Counted from the first letter of the stretch, positions 1-8,271 are shown. The stretch: 29,605 nucleotides of DNA from a virus (IMGVR_UViG_3300017913_000053:1-29605); one strand, 5' to 3'. A program made the numbers and translations. Notes: generated by a model from the sequence alone, not told the origin.

Positions 1-113
1 ACCTATCAGGGTCAGAACTAGTATACTACAACGGACTTGGTATGCCAGCAATTTACACAGTGTCAGTGCTAGTATTGAGTGCAGGTATCAGGTCAGTGCT
101 GAAAGGTAAGTAG
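1..113 (+). CDS. 3' end of a truncated small hydrophobic early protein
   Basis: Open frame from nt 3 to TAG 111-113: LSGSELVYYNGLGMPAIYTVSVLVLSAGIRSVLKGK*. Hydrophobic with a basic end; start lies outside the window. Confidence 0.4.
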   Translation, partial: LSGSELVYYNGLGMPAIYTVSVLVLSAGIRSVLKGK

Positions 114-177
114 ATTATTATCAGAAGTAAAAAGAAAGTGTTTCAGTTAATCAGAGAAAGTGCAAGGGGTAAGTAAG

Positions 178-351
178 ATGAATGAACTATTCTTGATAAA
201 CTATGAGACAAAAGAGGATGGATGGATTTGCGATAGACACACTCATTCACTGAGAATAGCAACAGAATATGCCAAGGCATACAGGGATATGGGTTATCGA
301 GTAACGGTTCAGTCAGTCTTAATTAATGAATATGGAAAGGTAGAAATCTAA
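178..351 (+). CDS. hypothetical early protein
   Basis: ORF track gives 160..351; ATG at 178 follows a GGGGT SD-like motif and is the more likely start. Stop TAA overlaps the next ATG (TAATG). Confidence 0.6.
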   Translation: MNELFLINYETKEDGWICDRHTHSLRIATEYAKAYRDMGYRVTVQSVLINEYGKVEI

Positions 352-530
352 TGGCGAATGTATTTGACAAGGCTTTTGTAATCGGTTATCGTGATGGGTA
401 TCATGGGGACATATGGGACAAAGAAAAGTATCACAAAGATTTACAGCCTCAGATGTGGATTAAATACAAGCATGGATGGGAAGCAGGTTTCCTGTCAAGA
501 GTAGAAGAGAAAGAAGAAAGGTTTGCATAA
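351..530 (+). CDS. 59-aa early protein with RMF/CrpP-like motif (not in ORF track)
   Basis: MANVFDKAFVIGYRDGYHGDIWDKEKYHKDLQPQMWIKYKHGWEAGFLSRVEEKEERFA*. TAATG coupling at both ends; GGAAAGG upstream. Confidence 0.7.
   Translation: MANVFDKAFVIGYRDGYHGDIWDKEKYHKDLQPQMWIKYKHGWEAGFLSRVEEKEERFA
364..392 (+). promoter_or_regulatory. candidate host sigma70 early promoter
   Basis: TTGACA (364-369), 17-nt spacer, TATCGT (387-392). Confidence 0.35.
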
Positions 531-730
531 TGTTTATGTTAGTATTAATCGGTGGCCTGTTTATGGTAGACAATCAAGAGTTTTTCGGACAGGTAGAAAA
601 GCAGATAGAGCAGGGGTATCAGTGGGAATATGTGGGTAAGCAGTCAGCAAGTAATGACGTACCAAACTTGACAATCCTTGACAAAGATGGTAAACCTACA
701 GTATACTTCAAACTTACAGAGGGAAAGTAA
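530..730 (+). CDS. small protein with N-terminal hydrophobic segment
   Basis: In frame with track ORF 476..730. The likely start is ATG 530, coupled to the upstream TAA; begins MFMLVLIGGLF. Confidence 0.65.
   Translation: MFMLVLIGGLFMVDNQEFFGQVEKQIEQGYQWEYVGKQSASNDVPNLTILDKDGKPTVYFKLTEGK
678..707 (+). promoter_or_regulatory. candidate host sigma70 early promoter
   Basis: TTGACA (678-683), 18-nt spacer, TATACT (702-707). A second TTGACA lies 10 nt upstream (668-673). Upstream of the RNAP operon. Confidence 0.45.
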
Positions 731-1033
731 ATGCGTAACGTATCTATAAATCTGGGGGATGGATATTCTCTGTCCCTATTCCAGAGCGAGGTCACAGGAC
801 TAGTTGAGGTTGTCCCTATCTATGAAAGCACAACAGAAAGTGGGCTGATTGGTGAACCAGTATATGTAAATGGTGGTGAAGAGTTGATAGCACTAGTACA
901 ATCAGCACTTGACAGAGACTTTAAGATATGGGAAAATCAATACTATATCGAACTGGAAAAAGAACTAGATGAACATCATGAACAGTACCAGTTAGGGCTG
1001 GTAGTAGACAACACAAAGGATACAGACAAATGA
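731..1033 (+). CDS. acidic hypothetical early protein
   Basis: 100-aa ORF abutting the upstream stop, GAGGG SD, about 20 D/E residues. Confidence 0.7.
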   Translation: MRNVSINLGDGYSLSLFQSEVTGLVEVVPIYESTTESGLIGEPVYVNGGEELIALVQSALDRDFKIWENQYYIELEKELDEHHEQYQLGLVVDNTKDTDK

Positions 1034-1212
1034 GTATGGGATTTAAACCATGTCCACACTGTGATACAGGTGAAGCAGAAGCACTGTATGCAGTGGATGG
1101 TAAGATAGAGTGGTACTGCCCTGAGTGTCAGGCTAGTTGGTCAGAAGACCCTGTAGTAAAACAAGAAACACCACTAGAGTTATGGTATCTTAAACATTAC
1201 GGAGAATATTAA
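1030..1212 (+). CDS. zinc-ribbon protein resembling the primase zinc-binding domain
   Basis: CPHC...CPEC; AAGGA SD; ATGA overlap with the previous gene. Confidence 0.75.
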   Translation: MSMGFKPCPHCDTGEAEALYAVDGKIEWYCPECQASWSEDPVVKQETPLELWYLKHYGEY

Positions 1213-1214
1213 AC

Positions 1215-2030
1215 ATGTATAACAGTGTGAAGGGGGGCTTAGGCAATAATGTAACTTTAGAAAATCAGTACGAACTTGAACAGGAAATGGTAGATGGTGG
1301 TATTGATAGGTTCAGGAACGAGACAGCCAAAGCCTTAACTGCAAAGAAAGAAAGCAGAACCCTGCATGGTAGAACTATTATTACAAACGCAATTGAAGCA
1401 GTCGCCAAGGGTGTAGATGAAATCAAGGCAGGTAAATCCAACAGGGATATTGCAAAGAAAAAACTTGCAGACATTCCATCAGATGTGGTAGCCTATCTAG
1501 CAGTGTCAACACTAGTCGATGGATTGTCAGCCAGTACTGTTCTTCTGGGGACAGCCATCAAGTTAGGCACTACAATTGAGATACAGGACAGACTACACAA
1601 GTGGGTTCAGGCAGAGGGTAGCACAGCCCTTAACGTAATCAAACTTGCTAATGAGAAGGGCGAAACTGCAAGGGCAGTAGGTCTGATACACAAGATGAAC
1701 AAGGATGGATACAGCGAACTATCGTGGCGCAAAGAAGAGAAGATGCACGTAGGATTGAGACTGATTGATGCCATCATTGTACACACTGGCCTAGTCAAGA
1801 TTGAAACAATCATGATGGCGAAGGACAAGAAGGCAAGTTATGTCAAGCCTACTGAGAAAACACAGGAATGGATTAAGGCATTCAATGATACGTATGAATC
1901 ATGGAAGCCAAGGTTCGCACCCTGCATCATTGAACCGAAGGATTGGACAGACATAACTGGTGGTGGGTATCACTCACCCATGATTGAACCACAGTCAATA
2001 GTGAGAGGATGGATAAGCAATGACGATTAG
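1215..2030 (+). CDS. T7-type RNA polymerase, N-terminal part (split gene, part 1)
   Basis: QYELEQEMVDGGIDRF resembles the T7 N-terminus; ends with PCIIEPKDWTDITGGGY...SIVR, equivalent to T7 PCVVPPKPWTGITGGGY...ALVR. GGAG SD at 1201. Confidence 0.9.
   Translation: MYNSVKGGLGNNVTLENQYELEQEMVDGGIDRFRNETAKALTAKKESRTLHGRTIITNAIEAVAKGVDEIKAGKSNRDIAKKKLADIPSDVVAYLAVSTLVDGLSASTVLLGTAIKLGTTIEIQDRLHKWVQAEGSTALNVIKLANEKGETARAVGLIHKMNKDGYSELSWRKEEKMHVGLRLIDAIIVHTGLVKIETIMMAKDKKASYVKPTEKTQEWIKAFNDTYESWKPRFAPCIIEPKDWTDITGGGYHSPMIEPQSIVRGWISNDD
1239..1263 (-). promoter_or_regulatory. reverse-oriented copy of the putative phage RNAP promoter
   Basis: TTAGGCAATAATGTAACTTTAGAAA is the exact reverse complement of 3676-3700. 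Confidence 0.75.
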
Positions 2031-3675
2031 ACAACAGATGCGTAAACTTGGACAGCGTGACTTGTCACAAGAGTTTGACTGCCTCAACAGTTTGCAGAAG
2101 ACAGCATGGACAATCAACAGACCTCTTCTTGAGACTGTACGCACACTGTGGGATAGTGGACAGGAATGGGCAGGGCTACCTGCACGAGAGGATATACCTC
2201 TGCCATCTTATCCCTTTGATAAAGAACCAAGCGAGATGAACGAAGTAGAAAAGCAGATGTTCATGGATTGGTCAAAGAAACGCAGGGACATCTATCGCCT
2301 GAACAACAGGTCAGTCAGTAAGCGTATCCAGATTGAACGTACACTTCAGGTAGCAGAAGACTATGCCAAGTACGCTAAGTTTTATTACGTGTGGCAGAAT
2401 GACTTCAGAGGACGCAAGTATGCAGGGACTACGTTCCTGTCACCTCAGTCAGCCGATTGGTCAAAGGCTTTCCTGATATTCAATGAGGGTGTAGCCATCA
2501 ACAATTGGGATGACGCACGTTGGCTGTGTATTCATGGTGCTAACCTCTATGGTAATGACAAGATAACCTTGGACATGCGTGAGAGTTGGTGTTGGGATAA
2601 TGTCGATGAATTTAAAAGAGTTGTTGACAATCCCTTTGATAACCTGTATTGGTTAGAAGCAGACAAACCCTTTCAGTTTCTTGCATGGTGCATGGAGTTT
2701 GTTGAGTTTGTCAAGGTGGGTTGGGGTTTTGAATCTCACTTGCCAGTGTCAGCCGATGGTAGTTGTAATGGACTGCAACACTTGTCAGCAATCCTACGTG
2801 ATGTGAGGGGTGGTGAGGCCACTAACTTGCTACCCAATACATTACCTCAGGACATCTACTCAGAGGTAGCCAGTGACGCACTGAGAGCCATTGAGAAGGA
2901 TGCCAGTGAAGGACATGAGGTAGCCAAGATGTGTCAGCAGTTTGGTATCGACAGGTCAGTGTGCAAAAGACCAGTGATGATTGTTCCGTACTCAGGAACT
3001 AAACATGCGTGTCGTCAGTACATTGAGGACGCACTGAAAGAGAAAGTCCAGAAGGGGGCAGACAATCCATTTGGTGATGACTTCTTTGCACCTAGCCTGT
3101 ACCTATCTAACCATGTGTGGGACAGTATCAATGGTGTTATCGAATCAGCAAGGCGTGTGATGGATTACGTTAAGCAGGTGGGTGACGTGTATGCTGACCA
3201 CAAGAAGCACATGGAATGGGTAACACCTACTAACTTCTTGGTGATGCAACATTACAATGACCAAGAAAAGAAACGCATCAAGACGTACATCAATGGCAGT
3301 GTGATGTCACTATCACGAAGCAATGATATACCTGATGCAATCAACAAGCGCAGGGCTGGCAATGGTTCATCACCTAACTTCATCCACAGTCTGGATGCGT
3401 CAGCCATGACAAAAACAATTAACGAATGTACTAGACAAGGCATGACTAACTATGCTATGGTACATGACAGTTACGGAACACACTCTACACACATGCCTCG
3501 CATGTCAGAGATATTGCGTGAAGAGTTTGTGAAGATGTACGAACAGCACGATGTACTTGACGAACTGAGGTCACATGCTGTACAAGAACTTGGCACGGAT
3601 GACATTCCTCATCCACCAAGCAAGGGTGACTTGGACTTGCAGATGGTACTCAAATCTGATTACTTCTTTGCATGA
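2020..3675 (+). CDS. T7-type RNA polymerase, catalytic C-terminal part (split gene, part 2)
   Basis: DFRGR, DGSCNGLQH (motif A), RSVCKRPVMIVPY (motif B), PNFIHSLDA, VHDS (motif C), C-terminal YFFA. GAGGA SD at 2005-2009. Confidence 0.95.
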   Translation: MTIRQQMRKLGQRDLSQEFDCLNSLQKTAWTINRPLLETVRTLWDSGQEWAGLPAREDIPLPSYPFDKEPSEMNEVEKQMFMDWSKKRRDIYRLNNRSVSKRIQIERTLQVAEDYAKYAKFYYVWQNDFRGRKYAGTTFLSPQSADWSKAFLIFNEGVAINNWDDARWLCIHGANLYGNDKITLDMRESWCWDNVDEFKRVVDNPFDNLYWLEADKPFQFLAWCMEFVEFVKVGWGFESHLPVSADGSCNGLQHLSAILRDVRGGEATNLLPNTLPQDIYSEVASDALRAIEKDASEGHEVAKMCQQFGIDRSVCKRPVMIVPYSGTKHACRQYIEDALKEKVQKGADNPFGDDFFAPSLYLSNHVWDSINGVIESARRVMDYVKQVGDVYADHKKHMEWVTPTNFLVMQHYNDQEKKRIKTYINGSVMSLSRSNDIPDAINKRRAGNGSSPNFIHSLDASAMTKTINECTRQGMTNYAMVHDSYGTHSTHMPRMSEILREEFVKMYEQHDVLDELRSHAVQELGTDDIPHPPSKGDLDLQMVLKSDYFFA

Positions 3676-3700
3676 TTTCTAAAGTTACATTATTGCCTAA
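3676..3700 (+). promoter_or_regulatory. putative phage RNAP promoter for DNA-metabolism genes
   Basis: TTTCTAAAGTTACATTATTGCCTAA begins immediately after the RNAP stop codon; repeated at 12744 and inverted at 1239. Confidence 0.8.
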
Positions 3701-3724
3701 CTAACCAACGAAGGAGAAAATTAC

Positions 3725-4342
3725 ATGATGGTAATCAAAGGCAAATCACTCTGGACTAAAGTGTTTGAACCAGACACACGCTTCGTACCAGAGGGGGAAT
3801 ACTCAACGCAGGTTGTTGTTCCTGAAGCAGAAGCGGCAGATGTGTGTGAACAGCTTGAGGCTCTCGCCAAGGCGAAGTTTGATGAGGCTGTCAAGGACAA
3901 TCCAAAACTAAAGAACGTCCTGTCCATGCGTCCAGTTAGCGAACCAGAGTATGATGACAACGGAAACGAAACAGGTAACGTGGTCTTCAAAACTAAACTC
4001 AAGGCTCGTATCAAGTCACGTTCAGGTGAGACATACTCTCAGTCTGTATCTGTGGTTGATGCCAAGAAGACACCAATGGATGGTAGTCAGATGGTTGGCA
4101 ACGGTTCAATTATCAAGGTGGCAGTCGAGCCTGTCCCTTATGTGATGCAATCAACCAAGCAGGTTGGCGTATCACTTCGCCTCAAAGCATTGCAGGTACT
4201 CAGCCTCGTAGAGTATGGTGCGCCAAGCACTGACATCTTCGATGAAGAGGATGGGTTTGTATCCAAGGCTGTAGCCAAGGATGATGCAGTGGAAGCCTTC
4301 GATGATGGGGATGCAGTAGCGTCTGATGAAGGGGACTTTTGA
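3725..4342 (+). CDS. ssDNA-binding protein (T7 gp2.5-like)
   Basis: Position after RNAP, GNGS..KV and GVSLRLKALQV motifs, acidic tail ending in Phe, AAGGAG SD. Confidence 0.9.
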   Translation: MMVIKGKSLWTKVFEPDTRFVPEGEYSTQVVVPEAEAADVCEQLEALAKAKFDEAVKDNPKLKNVLSMRPVSEPEYDDNGNETGNVVFKTKLKARIKSRSGETYSQSVSVVDAKKTPMDGSQMVGNGSIIKVAVEPVPYVMQSTKQVGVSLRLKALQVLSLVEYGAPSTDIFDEEDGFVSKAVAKDDAVEAFDDGDAVASDEGDF

Positions 4343-4700
4343 GGAAAGGGTCATTGATGACCTCAACAATCGTGGCGTTTCATACAAGTATGAGCCTGAG
4401 AAAATCTCATACGTGGTGGAACGTCACTACATCCCAGACCTTCTTATCAACCAGATGTGGGTAGAGTTGAAGGGATACTTCCGACAGGATGCACAACGAA
4501 AGATGAAGGCTGTCAAAGCACAGCATCCAGAGTTGGACATTCGGTTTGTATTCCAGAAAGCAGATAGCCCCATACAGGGAGCAAAGAAGCGAAAGGATGG
4601 GTCAAAGATGACATGTGCTGAGTGGGCAGAGCGTAATGGCTTTGTCTGGAGTGAAGAAACTATACCAGAGGAGTGGATAAATGAGCTTACTGGAAAGTAA
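4326..4700 (+). CDS. endonuclease I / Holliday junction resolvase (gp3-like)
   Basis: FEE, YEP, YIPD, VELKG, HPELDIRFVF, WAERNGF motifs. Confidence 0.92.
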   Translation: MKGTFEERVIDDLNNRGVSYKYEPEKISYVVERHYIPDLLINQMWVELKGYFRQDAQRKMKAVKAQHPELDIRFVFQKADSPIQGAKKRKDGSKMTCAEWAERNGFVWSEETIPEEWINELTGK

Positions 4701-4947
4701 GGACGAACTAATTACAGAGGTTACATCAGAGGTTGACGTACTCGTTGACGTGATGCCTTCTGGGATTGGTATCAGTGTCTACATTGATGAAGAGTTGTTC
4801 TCAGATGATGCAACATGGGAAGATATGGCAACACGAATCATTGCTGACATTAGAGATAATATGTTTGACGATGAGGAAACAGAAGACATCCTGATGGGCT
4901 TCAAACATCTAATCAATGAGATAGAGAATGCAACAGGACGTAAGTGA
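4681..4947 (+). CDS. very acidic hypothetical protein
   Basis: 88 aa with about 24 D/E and 6 K/R; GAGGAG upstream; overlaps both neighbours. Confidence 0.7.
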   Translation: MSLLESKDELITEVTSEVDVLVDVMPSGIGISVYIDEELFSDDATWEDMATRIIADIRDNMFDDEETEDILMGFKHLINEIENATGRK

Positions 4948-6541
4948 GTTCATCAGGCACGAAGCCTGTCCTCATTGTGGCAGTAGTGATGCCAATGCCT
5001 TATATGCTGATGGTAAACACTACTGCTTTTCCTGTCAGACGTTGACACCTAGTGACAAGGAAGGAGTGATTGCAGTGACAACACAGAAAGAGAACGTAGC
5101 GTTCTTGCCTATCGAAGCGACAGGCTTGAACAAGCGTAGGATTAACGAGAAGACAGCCAAGCACTGGCAGTATGGACTATCTACCTTCAAGGGTAGTAAG
5201 GTTCAAGTAGCCAACTACTATGATAGGCAGGGTACTCTGAAAGCACAGAAGGTACGCTTCCCTAACAAAGACTTCACAGTGATTGGTGACATCAAGGCTA
5301 TCAACCTGTATGGTGAACACCTCGCTCGTGACAGTGGCAAGATGATTACCATTGTCGAAGGCGAACTGGATGCTCTCTCGTTGAGCCAGTGCTTTGATAA
5401 CAAGTGGCCTGTAGTATCTGTGCCACAAGGCGCACCCTCTGCAAAGAGGGCAGTGTCCAAGGCTCTGGATTGGCTCTGCAATTATGAAACTGTTGTCATC
5501 ATGTTCGACAATGATGAAGCAGGTCAGAAAGCAAGCATTGAAGTTGCTAACATTCTGCCACCTAACAAAGCAAAGATTGCCAAGCTTCCTCTCAAGGATG
5601 CTAGTGAGATGATGCAAGCAGGTAGGACAGAAGAGCTAGTCAATGCAGTATGGTCAGCAAAGACCTATCGTCCTGATGGGATTGTAGCTGGCACTGACTT
5701 GTGGGATACTGTGACTACAACCGATGACAAGTACACTGTACCTTATCAGTACGTAGGCTTGCAAGAGAAGACAGGTGGAATCAGGCGTGGCGAGATTGTC
5801 ACCATCACTGCTGGCTCTGGTATCGGTAAGTCACAACTTGCTAGAGAGTTGGCCTTTGGTCTGATTAAGCATGGCGAAACGCTGGGGTACATTGCCCTTG
5901 AAGAAAACGTCAAGCGTACTGCCTTGGGTCTGATGTCACTAGAACTAAACAAACCTCTGCATCTACGCCAAGACAATGAGGTTGCAGAAGAGGAGATGCG
6001 TAATGCTTTCGACAGTACTGTGGGTTCTGGCAGGGTTTATCTGTATGACCATTGGGGTTCTACTGATTCTGAGAACTTGCTATCCAAGATTCGATACCTC
6101 GTCAGAGGGTGTGGTTGTAGCTATATTGTTCTTGACCACATATCTATCGTGGTATCTGGTCTGGACGGTGGGGATGAACGGAGACTTATTGACAACACCA
6201 TGACCAAGCTTCGTGCTTTGGTTGAGGAGTTGAACTGTGGTTTACTACTCATCTCACATCTCAAGCGTCCATCAGGCGATAAAGGCCATGAGGATGGCGC
6301 ACAAACATCACTGGCACAACTGCGTGGCTCTGCCGCCATTGGTCAGCTAAGTGATATGGTCATTGGTCTTGAGCGTAATCAGCAAGACGATGACAATCCA
6401 CATGTAAGCAATGTCCGTGTGTTGAAGAACAGATGGTCAGGCGAGACAGGACTAGCTTGTTCCTTGGAATACATCAAAGATACTGGTCGAATGATTGAGG
6501 TACACTTTGAAGATGAAGAAGAGGAAGAAGTTGATTTTTAA
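4928..6541 (+). CDS. DNA primase-helicase (gp4-like)
   Basis: Cys4 zinc finger, TOPRIM EGELD and FDND, Walker A GSGIGKS, LDH, QLRGSAAIGQLSD, KNR, acidic tail ending in Phe. Confidence 0.97.
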   Translation: MQQDVSEFIRHEACPHCGSSDANALYADGKHYCFSCQTLTPSDKEGVIAVTTQKENVAFLPIEATGLNKRRINEKTAKHWQYGLSTFKGSKVQVANYYDRQGTLKAQKVRFPNKDFTVIGDIKAINLYGEHLARDSGKMITIVEGELDALSLSQCFDNKWPVVSVPQGAPSAKRAVSKALDWLCNYETVVIMFDNDEAGQKASIEVANILPPNKAKIAKLPLKDASEMMQAGRTEELVNAVWSAKTYRPDGIVAGTDLWDTVTTTDDKYTVPYQYVGLQEKTGGIRRGEIVTITAGSGIGKSQLARELAFGLIKHGETLGYIALEENVKRTALGLMSLELNKPLHLRQDNEVAEEEMRNAFDSTVGSGRVYLYDHWGSTDSENLLSKIRYLVRGCGCSYIVLDHISIVVSGLDGGDERRLIDNTMTKLRALVEELNCGLLLISHLKRPSGDKGHEDGAQTSLAQLRGSAAIGQLSDMVIGLERNQQDDDNPHVSNVRVLKNRWSGETGLACSLEYIKDTGRMIEVHFEDEEEEEVDF

Positions 6542-6561
6542 ACTAGTACGGAGATACAGTT

Positions 6562-8271
6562 ATGAAGTTGATATTCGACATCGAAGCAGACCACCTGCTT
6601 GAACAAGTTTCTAAAGTGTGGTGCATTGTAGCAAGAGATGTAGATACCGATGAGGTACACACCTTTGACCCCAACAACATTGAGCAGGGTCTGTCATTCA
6701 TCAAGCAAGCTGACATGCTGATTGGTCACAACATTATCGACTACGATATGCGTGTACTCAAGAAGCTACATGGCTTTGAGTATGAGGGACAACTGCTAGA
6801 CACGTTGGTATATTCTCGTACAATCTGGCCTCACTTGAAGGAGTTGGATTTTACAAACTATCAGAAGGGTAAGTTTGATTCCAAGCTTATTGGTAGCCAT
6901 AGCCTCAAGGCATGGGGCGTAAGATTAGGAGAGTTAAAGGGTGCGTTTAACAACGGTACAGAGAGCTTTGCAAACTTCTCAGAGGAGATGCTCGACTACT
7001 GTGTGCAAGATACAGCAGTCAACAAAGTCCTCTATGAGAAAATCATCTCAAAGAACTTCAACCAAGAAGCTCTCGACTTAGAACAGAAACTACATACTCT
7101 GCTTGTTGAACAGGAAGAGCGTGGCTTTCCATTCGATGTCGAGAAAGCTGAAGGATTGTTTGCCCAACTTCAAGCACGTAAGCTTGAGATTGAGCAAGAG
7201 CTACAGGATACCTTTGAGCCTACCATTGTAGAACTCAAGACGAAGACAAAGACTATCCCATTCAATCCAGCATCACGACAGCAGATTGCTGACCGACTGA
7301 TGAAGCGTGGATGGAAGCCAACAATCTTCAACGAGAACAGTGGTGAGCCTAAGGTTGATGAGACAGTACTTGCAGGTATTGACATGCCTGAGGCAGAGAT
7401 GCTAGTAGAGTACTTGATGTTAAACAAACGCATTGGTCAGCTTGGTACAGGTAAACAAGCATGGTTGAAGCTACAAAAGAAAGGTAAGATACATGGTAGA
7501 GTTAATCATATGGGTGCTGTTACCTCTCGTTGCACTCACAATAACCCTAACACTGGGCAAATCCCTTCGGTGGGTGCGCCATATGGGAAGGAATGCAGAG
7601 AGTTATTCACTTCCCCTGAGGGTTATAGCCTACTTGGGGCTGACGCTTCTGGCCTTGAACTTCGCTGTCTGGCACATTACATGGCTTCTTATGATGGTGG
7701 GGCGTATGTCGATGTCGTACTAGATGGTGACGTGCATACGACAAACCAAGAGGCCGCTGGTCTACCTACTCGTTCTAACGCAAAGACATTCATCTATGGA
7801 TTTCTTTATGGCGCAGGTGATGAGAAGATTGGTAAGATTATTGGCAAGGGTGCAACAGAAGGTAAGCGCATCAAGAACAAGTTTCTGAAGAAGCTACCTG
7901 CACTGAAGATGCTGAAGGATGCTGTCTCTAGGGCGGCAAAGGACAGAGGCTGGATTAAGGGACTTGATGGACGTATCATTCCTATCCGTCACAGCCATGC
8001 GGCACTTAATACTTTACTTCAAAGTTGTGGCGCAATCATTTGTAAAACTTGGTATGTTCGGATTGCCGAAGCTATCAAAGAGGCTGGACTAGATGCACAG
8101 ATTGTTGCGTTTGTCCATGATGAAGTTCAACTAGTTGTTAAGAAAGGACAAGAAGATGCAACAGGGAAACTTATTCAGTTATGTATGGAAGAGGTCGAGC
8201 AACACTTCCAATTCAGATGCAAGCTCGACAGTGAGTACCAGTTTGGAAACAACTGGGCAGACACACACTAG
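6562..8271 (+). CDS. family A DNA polymerase (gp5-like)
   Basis: Exonuclease FDIE and HNIIDYD; DASGLELR (A), RSNAKTFIYGFLYG (B), VHDE (C); ends WADTH. Confidence 0.97.
   Translation: MKLIFDIEADHLLEQVSKVWCIVARDVDTDEVHTFDPNNIEQGLSFIKQADMLIGHNIIDYDMRVLKKLHGFEYEGQLLDTLVYSRTIWPHLKELDFTNYQKGKFDSKLIGSHSLKAWGVRLGELKGAFNNGTESFANFSEEMLDYCVQDTAVNKVLYEKIISKNFNQEALDLEQKLHTLLVEQEERGFPFDVEKAEGLFAQLQARKLEIEQELQDTFEPTIVELKTKTKTIPFNPASRQQIADRLMKRGWKPTIFNENSGEPKVDETVLAGIDMPEAEMLVEYLMLNKRIGQLGTGKQAWLKLQKKGKIHGRVNHMGAVTSRCTHNNPNTGQIPSVGAPYGKECRELFTSPEGYSLLGADASGLELRCLAHYMASYDGGAYVDVVLDGDVHTTNQEAAGLPTRSNAKTFIYGFLYGAGDEKIGKIIGKGATEGKRIKNKFLKKLPALKMLKDAVSRAAKDRGWIKGLDGRIIPIRHSHAALNTLLQSCGAIICKTWYVRIAEAIKEAGLDAQIVAFVHDEVQLVVKKGQEDATGKLIQLCMEEVEQHFQFRCKLDSEYQFGNNWADTH

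Noticed and set aside
62-100. Direct repeat GTCAGTGCT at 62 and 92
   Set aside because: Only 9 bp, in frame, encoding SVL twice; not a terminal repeat or array.
909-937. Further TTGACA box
   Set aside because: The -10 position reads GAAAAT and lacks the conserved first T.
2014-2030. Programmed frameshift or intron joining the RNAP halves
   Set aside because: No slippery sequence or intervening sequence; part 2 has its own SD and ATG. Not formally excluded.
8135-8242. Extended N-terminus of the endonuclease ORF
   Set aside because: Long overlap with conserved polymerase sequence; TTG at 8243 is more parsimonious.
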